A stretch of DNA of 64,000 nucleotides from Candidatus Omnitrophota bacterium (GCA_041652815.1 JBAZGN010000004.1:15890-79889); one strand, 5' to 3'; shown: positions 1 through 10,486, numbered from the stretch's first letter. Translations and numbers: made by a program. The notes: generated by a model not told the origin, from the sequence alone.

Positions 1-12
1 GATGAGGAAATT

Positions 13-567
13 ATGATGGAGTATAAGGCTGGTAGCGTTAGCGCGCTTGAAGAAATCTTTCAGAGATACAAAAAACCCATACTAAATTACGCTTTTAAGC
101 TCTTATCTAGTTTTGCTGACGCCGAAGATGTAGTTGGCGAAGTTTTTTATATACTAACCTTACGTAAAGATAGCTATGAGCCGGTTGCCAAGTTTTCTAC
201 CTGGATTTATACAATTGCCCATAATGTTGCAATTGATAGGATTAGAAGAAGAAAAAGAATATTTTTCTTCTGGCAAAAAAAGGATAAAGATGGCACCTCT
301 TACGCGGAACTGGATATACCTGATACGCGGTTTATGCCAGATAATGATGCAGAGGAGAACGATATTTCCTGTTACGTTAAAAAAGCCATTGATAAATTGC
401 CTTTCCAGTTAAAAGAAGCAATTGTCTTACGGCAGTATCATAATCTAAGCTATGAAGAGATAGGCGCGGTTTTAAATTGTTCGTTAAGTAAAGTAAAAAT
501 CCTTATTTTTAGAGCAAAGGAGTGCCTGCGCAAAGAGCTTTTGCCTTATATGGAGGAAATCCGATGA
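13..567 (+). CDS. ECF-subfamily sigma-70 factor
   Basis: 184-aa ORF with sigma-70 region 2/4 features; its stop overlaps the next gene start (ATGA), as expected for a sigma/anti-sigma pair. Confidence 0.8.
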   Translation: MMEYKAGSVSALEEIFQRYKKPILNYAFKLLSSFADAEDVVGEVFYILTLRKDSYEPVAKFSTWIYTIAHNVAIDRIRRRKRIFFFWQKKDKDGTSYAELDIPDTRFMPDNDAEENDISCYVKKAIDKLPFQLKEAIVLRQYHNLSYEEIGAVLNCSLSKVKILIFRAKECLRKELLPYMEEIR

Positions 568-1925
568 TATTCATCCATTCAAAAATAAAAAAATTAATTT
601 CCGCTTATTTAGATAACGAAGTAAGCGAAAAAGAAAAGAATCTGGTAGAAGAACACCTTAAAAAATGTACTTTCTGCAGGAAGTACTATGAAGGCTTACA
701 AAAACTTTCTTCTACTTTAGGTAAATATCAGGAAGAAGAATTATCGCCTGATTTAGAGCAACGGATAAAGAATAACTTTTTAGGGAAGAAATACAAGGGG
801 GTGGCTAAAATGAAGAACAAAAAACTGATAGTCGGTATCAGTTCCGGGGCTTTGGCTATCCTTCTAATGTTTGTGTTTGTGGGCCATATGCAGACTTACC
901 TAAGACGTTCGATGCAGGGCAGAGTTCACGATACAGCAATGGAACTTTCCGGAGCAAAAGAATATGACTCAACAAACGGGCGGGTTAGATTTGAGAACTA
1001 TGTTGGTGGGTCTGGCAAGCAATATTCTTCGGGGTTAACTTCCTCTGTGCAATATCAAAATTCGTCTAAAAAAATTAAATCCGTGGATAAGGAAATATTG
1101 AGAGGGATGAATGGTTCATCTGCCGAATGGGAAAGTGGCGGGCATACTAGGGCTGATTATAACAAGCCGCTTTCTGTTACAGCTATTGAAAGTTCGGCGC
1201 AAGAAGGGCCTATTGTGATAGTTGAGCCGTATCTTCCAGCTACAGGCAAGGAAGATAAATTAATCCGTAACGCAGACGCAACCTTAGAAGTAGAAAATAT
1301 CCAGAAAGTCTATGATGAGATAGTAAAAATCGGAAAGGGGAAAAATGGTTATCTTGCCGCAGCTAATTTTAATGAATCAGCAAACGGCAGGGTTAGCGCG
1401 CAGATTATATTACGCGTGCCAAAAGAAAAATTCGAAGAAACCATTGATGAGGTGAGGAAGCTTGGACAGGTAAAAAGATTTGACATTAAAAGCATTGATG
1501 TGTCGCAGGATTACAACGCTCTTGTGTCAGAACTTAACACCATAAAGACGGTTTACGACAAAATCGCGGAGAAACTTAAGGAAAAGAAAACAGATATTCA
1601 AGCGGCAATCAGGCTTGAATCTGAACTTACGCCAATTGCAAAACGCATAGCGGCTATAAGAAATAAGATTTCCGAATATGACAATCTTATTTCTGTATCC
1701 ACAATTACAATTAACCTTTACGAGGTTTCCTGGAAGTTAATGATTCAGGAAAGCGTCAAGGAAACAAAACAGCGCTTTGTTGCGTTTGTTTCAAGCCTGC
1801 TTAAGAATTCAATAACTTTGCTTCCGCTATTGGTAATAATTTGCGTGGTCGTTATAGTTTGCGTTGTGTTAACAAAAAAATTGGTCCGCGCAATTAAAAA
1901 CATTTTTACCAAAAAAACTTCGTAA
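564..1925 (+). CDS. Membrane anti-sigma factor with N-terminal zf-HC2 zinc finger
   Basis: Start at M15 of the listed ORF (ATG 564, GGAGG RBS upstream); 'HLKKCTFCRKYY' zf-HC2 motif; internal and C-terminal TM segments; gene-coupled to the ECF sigma. Confidence 0.6.
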   Translation: MIFIHSKIKKLISAYLDNEVSEKEKNLVEEHLKKCTFCRKYYEGLQKLSSTLGKYQEEELSPDLEQRIKNNFLGKKYKGVAKMKNKKLIVGISSGALAILLMFVFVGHMQTYLRRSMQGRVHDTAMELSGAKEYDSTNGRVRFENYVGGSGKQYSSGLTSSVQYQNSSKKIKSVDKEILRGMNGSSAEWESGGHTRADYNKPLSVTAIESSAQEGPIVIVEPYLPATGKEDKLIRNADATLEVENIQKVYDEIVKIGKGKNGYLAAANFNESANGRVSAQIILRVPKEKFEETIDEVRKLGQVKRFDIKSIDVSQDYNALVSELNTIKTVYDKIAEKLKEKKTDIQAAIRLESELTPIAKRIAAIRNKISEYDNLISVSTITINLYEVSWKLMIQESVKETKQRFVAFVSSLLKNSITLLPLLVIICVVVIVCVVLTKKLVRAIKNIFTKKTS

Positions 1926-1955
1926 ATATTCCTGCATGATAAGCGTTCCTGCCTG

Positions 1956-1988
1956 CAGGGAAGGCCGAAAGGCCTTCCCTGCGTTTTT
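1956..1988 (+). terminator. Rho-independent terminator after the sigma/anti-sigma operon
   Basis: Perfect 11-bp stem CAGGGAAGGCC/GGCCTTCCCTG with GAAA loop, followed by CGTTTTT. Confidence 0.6.
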
Positions 1989-2050
1989 AAAACCAAATAT
2001 ATTTTTAATCGGGGTTTACAATAGCAAGGTTTTTGATATAATTTTTTAAT

Positions 2051-2109
2051 ACGAATTACCACGAATTCATTCGCGGTAATTCGTCCCCTTAATTCGTGGA
2101 TATTCGTGT
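2051..2109. promoter_or_regulatory. Family-D operator-like palindrome (ACGAATTACCaCGAAT-tc-ATTCGCGGTAATTCGT) plus 'AATTCGTGGATATTCGTGT' box upstream of the NSS transporter
   Basis: 16-bp arms with one mismatch; box ends 7 nt before the ATG. Confidence 0.6.
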
Positions 2110-2116
2110 ATAAAAT

Positions 2117-3691
2117 ATGAGACAAAAATGGGCTTCTAAAATCGGTATCATTCTTGCGGTTGCCGGTTCTGCTATTGGCCTGGGAAACTTTTTAAGGTTT
2201 CCTTCTCAAGCGGCAGCTAACGGCGGTGGAGCGTTTATGATACCTTATTTTATTTCTTTTCTTCTTTTAGGCATACCGCTTATGTGGATTGAATGGGCAA
2301 TAGGCAGATACGGTGGGTTTTTCGGCCATGGCACCGCACCCTTGATTTTTAACCGGCTTTGGCAGCATCGTGCTTCAAAATATTTCGGCGCGATAGGGGT
2401 ATTCGGGCCGCTTGCAATATTTATCTATTATATTTATATCGAAAGCTGGCTTTTAGGTTACGCTTTTTATTCTCTTAAAGGAACGTTTATGCAGTTTTCA
2501 GCCCAAACAGACGCGGTTGATTTTTTACATAAATATCAGGGGGTAACCACAAAAAATTTTTTTCTTATAACCTATCTTTTTTTTGTTCTTACTTTTATCG
2601 TCAATTTTACTATTATATATAAAGGAATAAAAGGCGGGATTGAAAGGTTGTGCAAGCTGGCCTTGCCGCTTCTTCTTATTTTCGCGGTTATTATTGTAAT
2701 AAGAGTAACTACGCTGGGAGCTCCTATAAAGGGACATCCAGACTGGAACATATTAAATGGGTTTGGTTTCTTGTGGAACCCTGATTTTAGCGCTCTTTTA
2801 AATGCTAAAGTATGGCTTGCGGCCGCCGGCCAGATTCTTTTTACTTTAAGTGTGGGGATAGGCGTTATCATAACCTATGCCAGTTATCTTTCAAAAGGCG
2901 ACGATATAGTTTTGTCCGGGCTTACAGCATCTTCTTTAAATGAATTTGCCGAAGTTATTCTGGGCGGCTCAATTATAATACCTTTGGCTTTTGTTTTTTT
3001 CGGTGGTAGTGGAGCGCAGGAAATAGCTCGTAGCGGAAGTTTCAATATAGGTTTTGTTTCTATGCCGTTAATTTTTTCAAAAATAAATTATGGAATGGTT
3101 TTTTCTTTTTTGTGGTTTTTTCTTTTATTCCTGGCCGGGCTCACCTCAAGCATATCGCTTTTAGAGCCGGCAGTTGCATTTTTGTGTGATGACTTGGGCA
3201 TCTCTCGCAAAAAAGCTGTTTCGATTTTGGGAGTGGCCAGTTTTTTAATCTGCCAGTTTCCTATATTTTTCCTCGCCAGGGGCGTTGTAGATGAAATTGA
3301 TTTTTGGGCTGGCTCTTTTTTTCTTGTGGTCTTTGCATTTATTGAGTGTATATTATTTGTGTGGATTTTTGGAATAGACAAAGCCTGGGATGAAATTCAT
3401 CATGGGGCCGAGCTTAATATCCCGCGTTTTTATAAATTTATTATAAAATACATTACACCATTATTTTTGATTTTTATACTTGGATTTTGGTTCTTTCAGC
3501 AGGCAGTACCGACCTTTTTACTTAAAGGGGTAGCAAAAGAAAATATCCCTTATGTTTTAGCCACTCGTGCAGGATTGTTAATTCTTTTTGTAATCATCGC
3601 AATGCTGGTGCGTAAAGCGCATAAAAAATCAATGAGGCAGTCCCGACAAAGACGGGACGTAGCCAAATTTGACCCCCGCGCCAACTTTTAG
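2117..3691 (+). CDS. Sodium-dependent transporter, neurotransmitter:sodium symporter (NSS/SNF) family
   Basis: N-terminal 'AGSAIGLGNFLRFP' NSS signature; about 12 TM segments; 524 aa. Confidence 0.85.
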   Translation: MRQKWASKIGIILAVAGSAIGLGNFLRFPSQAAANGGGAFMIPYFISFLLLGIPLMWIEWAIGRYGGFFGHGTAPLIFNRLWQHRASKYFGAIGVFGPLAIFIYYIYIESWLLGYAFYSLKGTFMQFSAQTDAVDFLHKYQGVTTKNFFLITYLFFVLTFIVNFTIIYKGIKGGIERLCKLALPLLLIFAVIIVIRVTTLGAPIKGHPDWNILNGFGFLWNPDFSALLNAKVWLAAAGQILFTLSVGIGVIITYASYLSKGDDIVLSGLTASSLNEFAEVILGGSIIIPLAFVFFGGSGAQEIARSGSFNIGFVSMPLIFSKINYGMVFSFLWFFLLFLAGLTSSISLLEPAVAFLCDDLGISRKKAVSILGVASFLICQFPIFFLARGVVDEIDFWAGSFFLVVFAFIECILFVWIFGIDKAWDEIHHGAELNIPRFYKFIIKYITPLFLIFILGFWFFQQAVPTFLLKGVAKENIPYVLATRAGLLILFVIIAMLVRKAHKKSMRQSRQRRDVAKFDPRANF

Positions 3692-3881
3692 CGGGGATTA
3701 ATTCGCACTATTATTTTTCCTACGCGACTACCTACGGCAGGCAGTTTGGAAAAATAATGTGTTCATTAAAAGAATGACTATAGCTGGCTGGATTTTTTTA
3801 ATAATTTCCTGGGTGAGCATATTGATGCTCGTGATTTTTTGCATTTACGGGGTCTTCAAAGAACCGTATAAGGATCTATAA

Positions 3882-4781
3882 ATGTTTAAAAGAAAGCGTA
3901 TTATATTGGCTTTTTTTTCAATTGTTTTCTTGGCATCTTTTTGCCTTTATTTTATATACACCGAAACTGTTTCTTGCGCTCAAAATTATAAATCTTTCGC
4001 AGCGCTTGAAGATAAAGTAGCCACAATCGCAAAAGGGTTTAGCGGAGAGTATTCTTATATAATCAAGGATATAGAAAAGCCTTACTGTGAAATATCCCGC
4101 AATGAAAATAAAATGTTTCCCGCGGCAAGCGTCATAAAACTGCCCATAGCTGCGGTAGCTTTTAATGCAGCCAAAGAAGGAAAGGTTTCGCTTTCTCAGA
4201 AATTTACAATCACTGCGAAAGATATCACCGGAGGCTCGGGAATAATAAAAACAATGCAGCCGCCCGTGGTCTTAACCTTTCAGGAAATTATCGAAACAAT
4301 GATTGTAAATAGCGATAATACTGCAACCAACAAGATTATTGATATTTTAGGCTATAAATATCTAAACAGAGGATTTAGGGAACTAGGCTTGAGGCGAACG
4401 GTTATCAAGCGCAAAATGATGGATTTTTCGAATAGGAAACATGGAGTTGAAAATTATACCAGCGTGTCAGACATAGTTTTTCTTTTAGAGAAAATCTATA
4501 AAGGAAAACTTATCGATAAAGAATCTTCACAAATGATACTGTCGTTTCTGGGCAAGCAAAAGATTAATGACCGTATCCCGCGGTATCTGCCTAAAAATGT
4601 AAAAGTTGCTCATAAAACCGGCCTTGAGAGGGGTGTGGTGCATGATGCCGGAATTATTTTTTCTTCAAGGGGCGATTGCGTAGTTTGTGTTTTTACTAAA
4701 AAAGTGAAGGACTACAGTAAGGCAAAGAAATTCATCGCCCGCCTTTCCTTGGCAACGTATAATAATTTACGTGAACAATGA
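3882..4781 (+). CDS. Class A β-lactamase-like serine hydrolase
   Basis: Signal/TM N-terminus; S-x-x-K ('ASVIK'), SDN ('NSDNTA') and KTG ('HKTGLE') motifs in the canonical order. Confidence 0.7.
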   Translation: MFKRKRIILAFFSIVFLASFCLYFIYTETVSCAQNYKSFAALEDKVATIAKGFSGEYSYIIKDIEKPYCEISRNENKMFPAASVIKLPIAAVAFNAAKEGKVSLSQKFTITAKDITGGSGIIKTMQPPVVLTFQEIIETMIVNSDNTATNKIIDILGYKYLNRGFRELGLRRTVIKRKMMDFSNRKHGVENYTSVSDIVFLLEKIYKGKLIDKESSQMILSFLGKQKINDRIPRYLPKNVKVAHKTGLERGVVHDAGIIFSSRGDCVVCVFTKKVKDYSKAKKFIARLSLATYNNLREQ

Positions 4782-4816
4782 TGTCGGATGGCAGATATCT
4801 TATACCATAAAAAAAT

Positions 4817-5119
4817 ATGTTTGTTTTAAGTAATTTTTTAATGTCCGTGGCGAATGTTTTAAATCTAATTCTGACTGTTTTATATTGGCTTATACTTATA
4901 AGGGCGTTAGTAAGTTGGGTAAGCCCGGATCCTTATAACGCGATAGTTCAATTTTTATATAAGACTACGGAACCATTGCTTTACCCTATAAGAAAGTTTC
5001 TTCCGTTTAGCCTTAAGTTTGGCCTGGATATTTCACCTCTGATAGCATTTTTGATAATATTTTTCCTCAGGCAATTCCTGGTAGCTACGTTAGTTGATTG
5101 GGCAATTAGAGTTAAATAG
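4817..5119 (+). CDS. yggT: YggT family membrane protein
   Basis: 100-aa two-TM protein with YggT-like 'LIRALVSWVSPDPYN' region. Confidence 0.65.
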   Translation: MFVLSNFLMSVANVLNLILTVLYWLILIRALVSWVSPDPYNAIVQFLYKTTEPLLYPIRKFLPFSLKFGLDISPLIAFLIIFFLRQFLVATLVDWAIRVK

Positions 5120-5306
5120 TTTAAAACCCCAGGCCAGTATTTTCTATCCCCGGCATATTTAGCCTGCCAAATCCAAGCTTGCTTTTATTCCTATTGTAGG
5201 TAGAATATTTGATAATAGAAGTGGATTACTGAGGATTTAGTTAAGTTAATTAGCATTTATCTATGTAAGTTTGCGTGTATATTGACTTACAATAAAGAGG
5301 TATAAT

Positions 5307-5624
5307 ATGAAAGAGATTGTCAATGAAATCCTGAAAGAGGAAGAGGCAGCACGAAAAATAATTGAAAAAACAAAACTTGAGGCTGAAGGTATTATCACGG
5401 CTGCAAAAAATGAAGCTAAAAATTATATTGAAAAAGCGCAAGCAGACCTTAAGCAGCTTTTAGCTCAAAAGCAAGAAGCCGCAGAAAAACTTTTTTATGC
5501 AGAAAAGGAAAAGATTCTAAAAGAGACAGAACAAGAGTGCATCCGCTTACGAAAATCGAAAGAAAAAGATATTTCCGCCATTGCAAAAGCTTATTTTTCG
5601 CAGTTGATAAGTAAACCCCGTTAG
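5307..5624 (+). CDS. V/A-type ATP synthase peripheral-stalk subunit (H/G-like)
   Basis: 105-aa all-coiled-coil Lys/Glu-rich protein; first gene of the V-type ATPase cluster. Confidence 0.5.
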   Translation: MKEIVNEILKEEEAARKIIEKTKLEAEGIITAAKNEAKNYIEKAQADLKQLLAQKQEAAEKLFYAEKEKILKETEQECIRLRKSKEKDISAIAKAYFSQLISKPR

Positions 5625-5742
5625 AGAATTTTGTCTTTTAACGGGTGATTGCCTTGGCGGTGACATCAAGACACCGCTAGTTTATGGATGCTTGATACCG
5701 ATTCTGTCGGTATTTTTCTCTAACGGGGTAAAAAAGAATAAA

Positions 5743-6783
5743 ATGTTAGACCTTACCAAGTATTCCTTCGCAAACGCTAAGATTCGTGCAATGCTCTCCT
5801 ACCTCATAGACGCGGATTATTTCAAGCGGCTAGTTGAAGCACAAGATTTTTACGAATTACTTGATTTTTTAAAGAAAACTTCCTATAAGGATATTGCCGA
5901 AAAGATTAACAGGGAAGAAGTAAATCTTGAACGTTTAGAGAAAGAATTAGTATTGAATGATTTGCATATATATAAAAAAGTCTACGGAATGCTTCCCACA
6001 AATACAGAAAAGAACTTCGTTGCTCTTTTAACTCAGCGTTTCGAAATAGATGAACTTAAGACAGTGCTTAGAATATGGCATAAGAAAATGGAAGTTGAGT
6101 TAAGTGATTACATTCTAGGAGAGAAAGTAATTTTTGATATTGATTTCAAAAAGATTCTTTCCTGCCAGAATATAGAAGAGATAATACTCATACTTGATGA
6201 AACTTCTTACAAGAAGCCGCTCCTTACGGCAAAAGACAGATTTAAGGAGAGAAACTCCACATTTTACCTTGAAAGCGCCCTGGATATAGATTATTACCAA
6301 AGGCTTATTCTATATTGCGAGAAATTATCTTCGTACGATAAAAAGATTTCGCGCAAAATATTAGGCATAGAAATTGATATCGAAAATATAAACTCATTAA
6401 TACGCTTAAGAAAATACTATTCGTTAAGTATGTCTGCGATGATGGATGTTGTTATTCCGGGCGGAGAAAAAATCGATAAAGACAGCGTAAGAAACTTTTA
6501 TACAACCGACGGCCTTTCAAAAATAGTAGAAGGCGTTGCCCTTGGCCCGTATGCTAAAGTAAAAGAATTGGTTGAAGCAAATATATATTTTATCGAAAAT
6601 TTCCTTTACGAAATTCTTTTAAGAGAGATAAGGCGTGTATTGGCGGGTTTTCCTTTTACGATCGGAACCATTATCGGATATTTAATATTAAAGCGCAGGG
6701 AAACTAAAAATCTTATTTCGTTAATCTACGCTAAAAGTTTGGGCGAAAAAAACGAAGATATATCGCATTTGATTGGAATTTAA
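5743..6783 (+). CDS. atpC: V/A-type ATP synthase subunit C (d)
   Basis: Start 'MLDLTKYSFANAKIRAMLSYL' is typical of V-type subunit C; about 347 aa; operon context. Confidence 0.7.
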   Translation: MLDLTKYSFANAKIRAMLSYLIDADYFKRLVEAQDFYELLDFLKKTSYKDIAEKINREEVNLERLEKELVLNDLHIYKKVYGMLPTNTEKNFVALLTQRFEIDELKTVLRIWHKKMEVELSDYILGEKVIFDIDFKKILSCQNIEEIILILDETSYKKPLLTAKDRFKERNSTFYLESALDIDYYQRLILYCEKLSSYDKKISRKILGIEIDIENINSLIRLRKYYSLSMSAMMDVVIPGGEKIDKDSVRNFYTTDGLSKIVEGVALGPYAKVKELVEANIYFIENFLYEILLREIRRVLAGFPFTIGTIIGYLILKRRETKNLISLIYAKSLGEKNEDISHLIGI

Positions 6784-6799
6784 AACTAATGATTAATGT

Positions 6800-6913
6800 A
6801 ATAACCAATAACCAAGATACAATAACCAAACAAATCCCAATAACCAATAATCAATAACCAAATAATTCTTTTCTAAACCGTTTGGTTATTGGAAATTGGA
6901 GCTTGGTTATTTA
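6800..6913. repeat. Family-A interspersed repeat (AACCAA-rich arm / TTGGTT-rich arm), copy 1
   Basis: 'ATAACCAATAACCAAGATACAATAACCAAACAAATCCCAATAACCAATAATCAATAACCAAA...GTTTGGTTATTGGAAATTGGAGCTTGGTTATT' between atpC and atpI. Confidence 0.75.
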
Positions 6914-6934
6914 TAAATTTTAAAGGACGAAAAC

Positions 6935-8857
6935 ATGTTTACTTCTTCTTCAATGGACATATTGAGCATGATTGTCTTTAAGGACAAGATAGAAGAGGTT
7001 TTTTCCCGTCTTGTTAAGCTTGGTATTTTTCAACCCGTTGACATTCGAAAGATAGAAGAAGAAGTAAGCAGTCTTACTTCCCTTGAGATAGAAAAAGAAA
7101 GTACTGAATTGCAGGCGCTTGAAATCTCTTTTAGGGAAATTTCACGCAAGCTCAATCTTTCGATTGTGCCTTCCCGGGACATAGAATCTTTTTCCATTGA
7201 AAGCATAAAAGGAGTTTTTAAGTCACTCGACGAAAAACTTTCGGTAAGCTTATCGGAAAGGCAGGATTTGGTAGAGGAACTTAAAACTACTGAATCGATG
7301 TTTGCCCAAATCCGGGATTATTTTGTTTTTCCGCTGAAACGTGGAACTTTCTATTCTTTTCTTCAGGTTAATCTCGGCAAGGTAGATGAGAAAAACATAC
7401 CGGTGCTTGAGCGAAGCCTTCGTGAAATTCCGCATCTCTTCTATCCGATTAGAAAACAGGATACTTTCATAGTTACGCTAATCATAGGTTTACGAAGGGA
7501 TAGGGTTGTTATTGAAAAAATTCTAAAAGATGTTGCGTGGCAAGAAATAGATTTTCCTGAGAATGCCCGGGGGTTATCCGGTGATGTTGAAACCAAATTA
7601 AAAGATAAAATAGAAGGGTGCAAGAAACGTATAGCCGAGATAGATCAGCATATAAAAAAACAGGCGCAGGAAAGCCAGGGAATCTTAAGTAAAATACGTG
7701 CGTTTATCGTTTTGAAAAAATCTTTAATCGAGGCAAAAAAATATTCTTACGCGACAGACAAAACCGTTATACTTTCAGGTTGGGTATTGCATAAGGATAG
7801 GGATAAAGTAACTAATGAAATAAAAAATATAGCCGGTGTTTCGTATATTGAGAAAAAAAGAGCAGAAGATTTAAATATTGCAAAAGAGGATATCCCGGTG
7901 CGTCTCGAGCATAACGCGATATTTAAGCCTTTTGAACTTCTTATAAATTCATACGGCATTCCTCGTTACGGAACAATTGACCCTACCATATTTGTTGCGA
8001 TCAGCTTTTTAGTCATGTTTGGTGCAATGTTCGGAGATTTAGGCCAGGGGTTGTCGCTTGCATTTGTCGGCTTGCTCATAAAAAGAGCCAAAAATATAAA
8101 AATAAAGCAGGCCTCAACGCTTCTTGTTTACTGCGGTATAAGTTCGGCTATTTTCGGCGCTCTTTACGGAAGTGTTTTCGGATATGAAGAGATAATTCCC
8201 GCTATCTGGATAAGGCCGATGGAAAATATTTTAGAGATTTTTAAAATAAGTGTAATGTTTGGCATAATAATTATTACTCTGGGTATATTGGTTAATGTAA
8301 TAAATGCGCTGCGGGATAAAGATTATATAAAGGCCCTGTTCGATAAATCCGGATTAATTACCGGAATAATTTACTGGCTTGCTATCGCGCTGACAAGTAA
8401 ATTGTTTGTTGCCGAGAAGAATATTCCCTCGATTTATCTGATTTTGATTTTCGCAGGGCTTGCCCTTATATTTCTAAAACCGGTCATAGAAACTACTTTT
8501 AAGAAGAAAAAAGAAAAAGAAAGCTTATTCGTTTCTTTTATGGAAAGCCTTGTGGATATTTTGGAAATAATAATGGGCTATCTTGCTAATACTGTTTCTT
8601 TTATACGTATTGCGGCGTTTTCTCTTGCCCACGCAGGCCTGTTTCTTGCGATTTTTGAGCTTTCTCGCCTGCTAAAAGATGTGGGAGGAGTACCTTTGTC
8701 AGCCCTGGTAATAATTTTAGGAAATATTCTTATAGTTTTACTGGAAGGCCTCGTTGTAAGCATACAGTCGCTTCGTTTAAATTATTATGAATTTTTTTCC
8801 AAGTTCTTTGTAACCGGCAAGCACGCTTATAAACCATTGACAATGAGTGAGCATTGA
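6935..8857 (+). CDS. atpI: V/A-type ATP synthase subunit I (a)
   Basis: 640 aa; N-terminal cytoplasmic coiled-coil half plus C-terminal multi-TM half with conserved 'SFIRIAAFSLAHAGL' arginine region. Confidence 0.85.
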   Translation: MFTSSSMDILSMIVFKDKIEEVFSRLVKLGIFQPVDIRKIEEEVSSLTSLEIEKESTELQALEISFREISRKLNLSIVPSRDIESFSIESIKGVFKSLDEKLSVSLSERQDLVEELKTTESMFAQIRDYFVFPLKRGTFYSFLQVNLGKVDEKNIPVLERSLREIPHLFYPIRKQDTFIVTLIIGLRRDRVVIEKILKDVAWQEIDFPENARGLSGDVETKLKDKIEGCKKRIAEIDQHIKKQAQESQGILSKIRAFIVLKKSLIEAKKYSYATDKTVILSGWVLHKDRDKVTNEIKNIAGVSYIEKKRAEDLNIAKEDIPVRLEHNAIFKPFELLINSYGIPRYGTIDPTIFVAISFLVMFGAMFGDLGQGLSLAFVGLLIKRAKNIKIKQASTLLVYCGISSAIFGALYGSVFGYEEIIPAIWIRPMENILEIFKISVMFGIIIITLGILVNVINALRDKDYIKALFDKSGLITGIIYWLAIALTSKLFVAEKNIPSIYLILIFAGLALIFLKPVIETTFKKKKEKESLFVSFMESLVDILEIIMGYLANTVSFIRIAAFSLAHAGLFLAIFELSRLLKDVGGVPLSALVIILGNILIVLLEGLVVSIQSLRLNYYEFFSKFFVTGKHAYKPLTMSEH

Positions 8858-8958
8858 GTTAAACTTAACGGTTTTGAATGAGGCCAACATTTTTTCGGCG
8901 CCCTGTCACCTTTTTGCCTGCCGATTAGGCAGGCAGGGGGCGAGGCTTGGAAAAATAA

Positions 8959-9500
<542 letters not shown>

Positions 9501-9501
9501 A

Positions 9502-9804
9502 ATGACATTTTTCTGTATTGCAGATAAAGAAAGCAGCCTGGGTTTTAAATTCTCAGGAATAGAGACCAGGGAAATTTCAACTAAATCCGAAGCCTTAGAG
9601 GCTTTTAATGTTGCATTAGCCCTAGAGAACGTCGGAATTATAATTATAACCGAAAAAGCTGCTTCTTTTATAAGAGACAAGGTCAATCAGTTTCTTTATC
9701 GTGAAGAGCTTCCGCTCATACTAGAAGTTCCTTCTAGGGGCCCTGTGAAAAAGCGAAAGAGCGTTTCTGAATCTTTAAAGGAAATGATAGGCATAAGCGT
9801 ATAA
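9502..9804 (+). CDS. atpF: V/A-type ATP synthase subunit F
   Basis: 100 aa; 'FFCIADKESSLGFKFSGIE' resembles the V-type F N-terminus; operon position. Confidence 0.7.
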   Translation: MTFFCIADKESSLGFKFSGIETREISTKSEALEAFNVALALENVGIIIITEKAASFIRDKVNQFLYREELPLILEVPSRGPVKKRKSVSESLKEMIGISV

Positions 9805-9812
9805 AATATCCT

Positions 9813-10460
9813 ATGAGAGTAAAAGAAGAAAATTATCTGAAGGAAAACATAGAAAATGCCGGGGAGATCCGCAAGAAAATCCACGAAGAAACCGAGTATG
9901 AAACAAAAGAAATACTCGCCCGCGCAAAAACTTTGGCTAAAAACTTGCTAAATGATACAAAGCTTGCCGCAGAAAAGAATAAAGCAGACGGCCTCCTTGA
10001 ATTAGAAAAGAAAATAAGCACAATTAAGGAAAGAATTTTCTCCGCGCTTAATCTTGAAAAAAAGCGAATAATCATAGGGGAGAAAAGTAAATTCATAGAG
10101 GAAGTGTTTCTTGAGGTAAACATTCAGGCAAAAGCTTTTCGAGGCCAACAGGAGTATATTCCGTTCTTAAAGAAAATAATTTTAGAAGCAATCGAGATTA
10201 TAGCAACCGGAAATTTGGAGATTCTTTATTCCCCCTTGGATGAAAAAATAATTAATGATAGTTTTATCGCGGAAGTCAAAAATTTGTGTCAAAGTAGGAC
10301 GAACCAGGAAATTTCGCTGAAATTTACGAAAAGTGATTTTAATGATATAGGGTTTATCATACAATCTCTTGATGGCAGGTTGATTTATGATGCGAGATTT
10401 GCTTCGCGGATGAAATTGGCACAGGATGATGTTTATATGGACTTATTGAGGAAATTATAG
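9813..10460 (+). CDS. atpE: V/A-type ATP synthase subunit E
   Basis: 215 aa with long N-terminal coiled coil and globular C-terminus; lies between F and A. Confidence 0.7.
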   Translation: MRVKEENYLKENIENAGEIRKKIHEETEYETKEILARAKTLAKNLLNDTKLAAEKNKADGLLELEKKISTIKERIFSALNLEKKRIIIGEKSKFIEEVFLEVNIQAKAFRGQQEYIPFLKKIILEAIEIIATGNLEILYSPLDEKIINDSFIAEVKNLCQSRTNQEISLKFTKSDFNDIGFIIQSLDGRLIYDARFASRMKLAQDDVYMDLLRKL

Positions 10461-10486
10461 ATGTCAGATACCGGAAAACTATATTT

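Noticed and set aside
176-412. 78-aa ORF inside the ECF sigma gene in another frame
   Set aside because: It is embedded in a clear sigma-70 family coding frame; a chance ORF.
6800-6913. Possible CRISPR array, because of tandem 'AATAACCAA' units
   Set aside because: The units are 9-10 bp and contiguous, with no unique spacers, and the right arm is the reverse complement of the left arm. This is a hairpin repeat element, not a repeat-spacer array. No cas genes are in the window.
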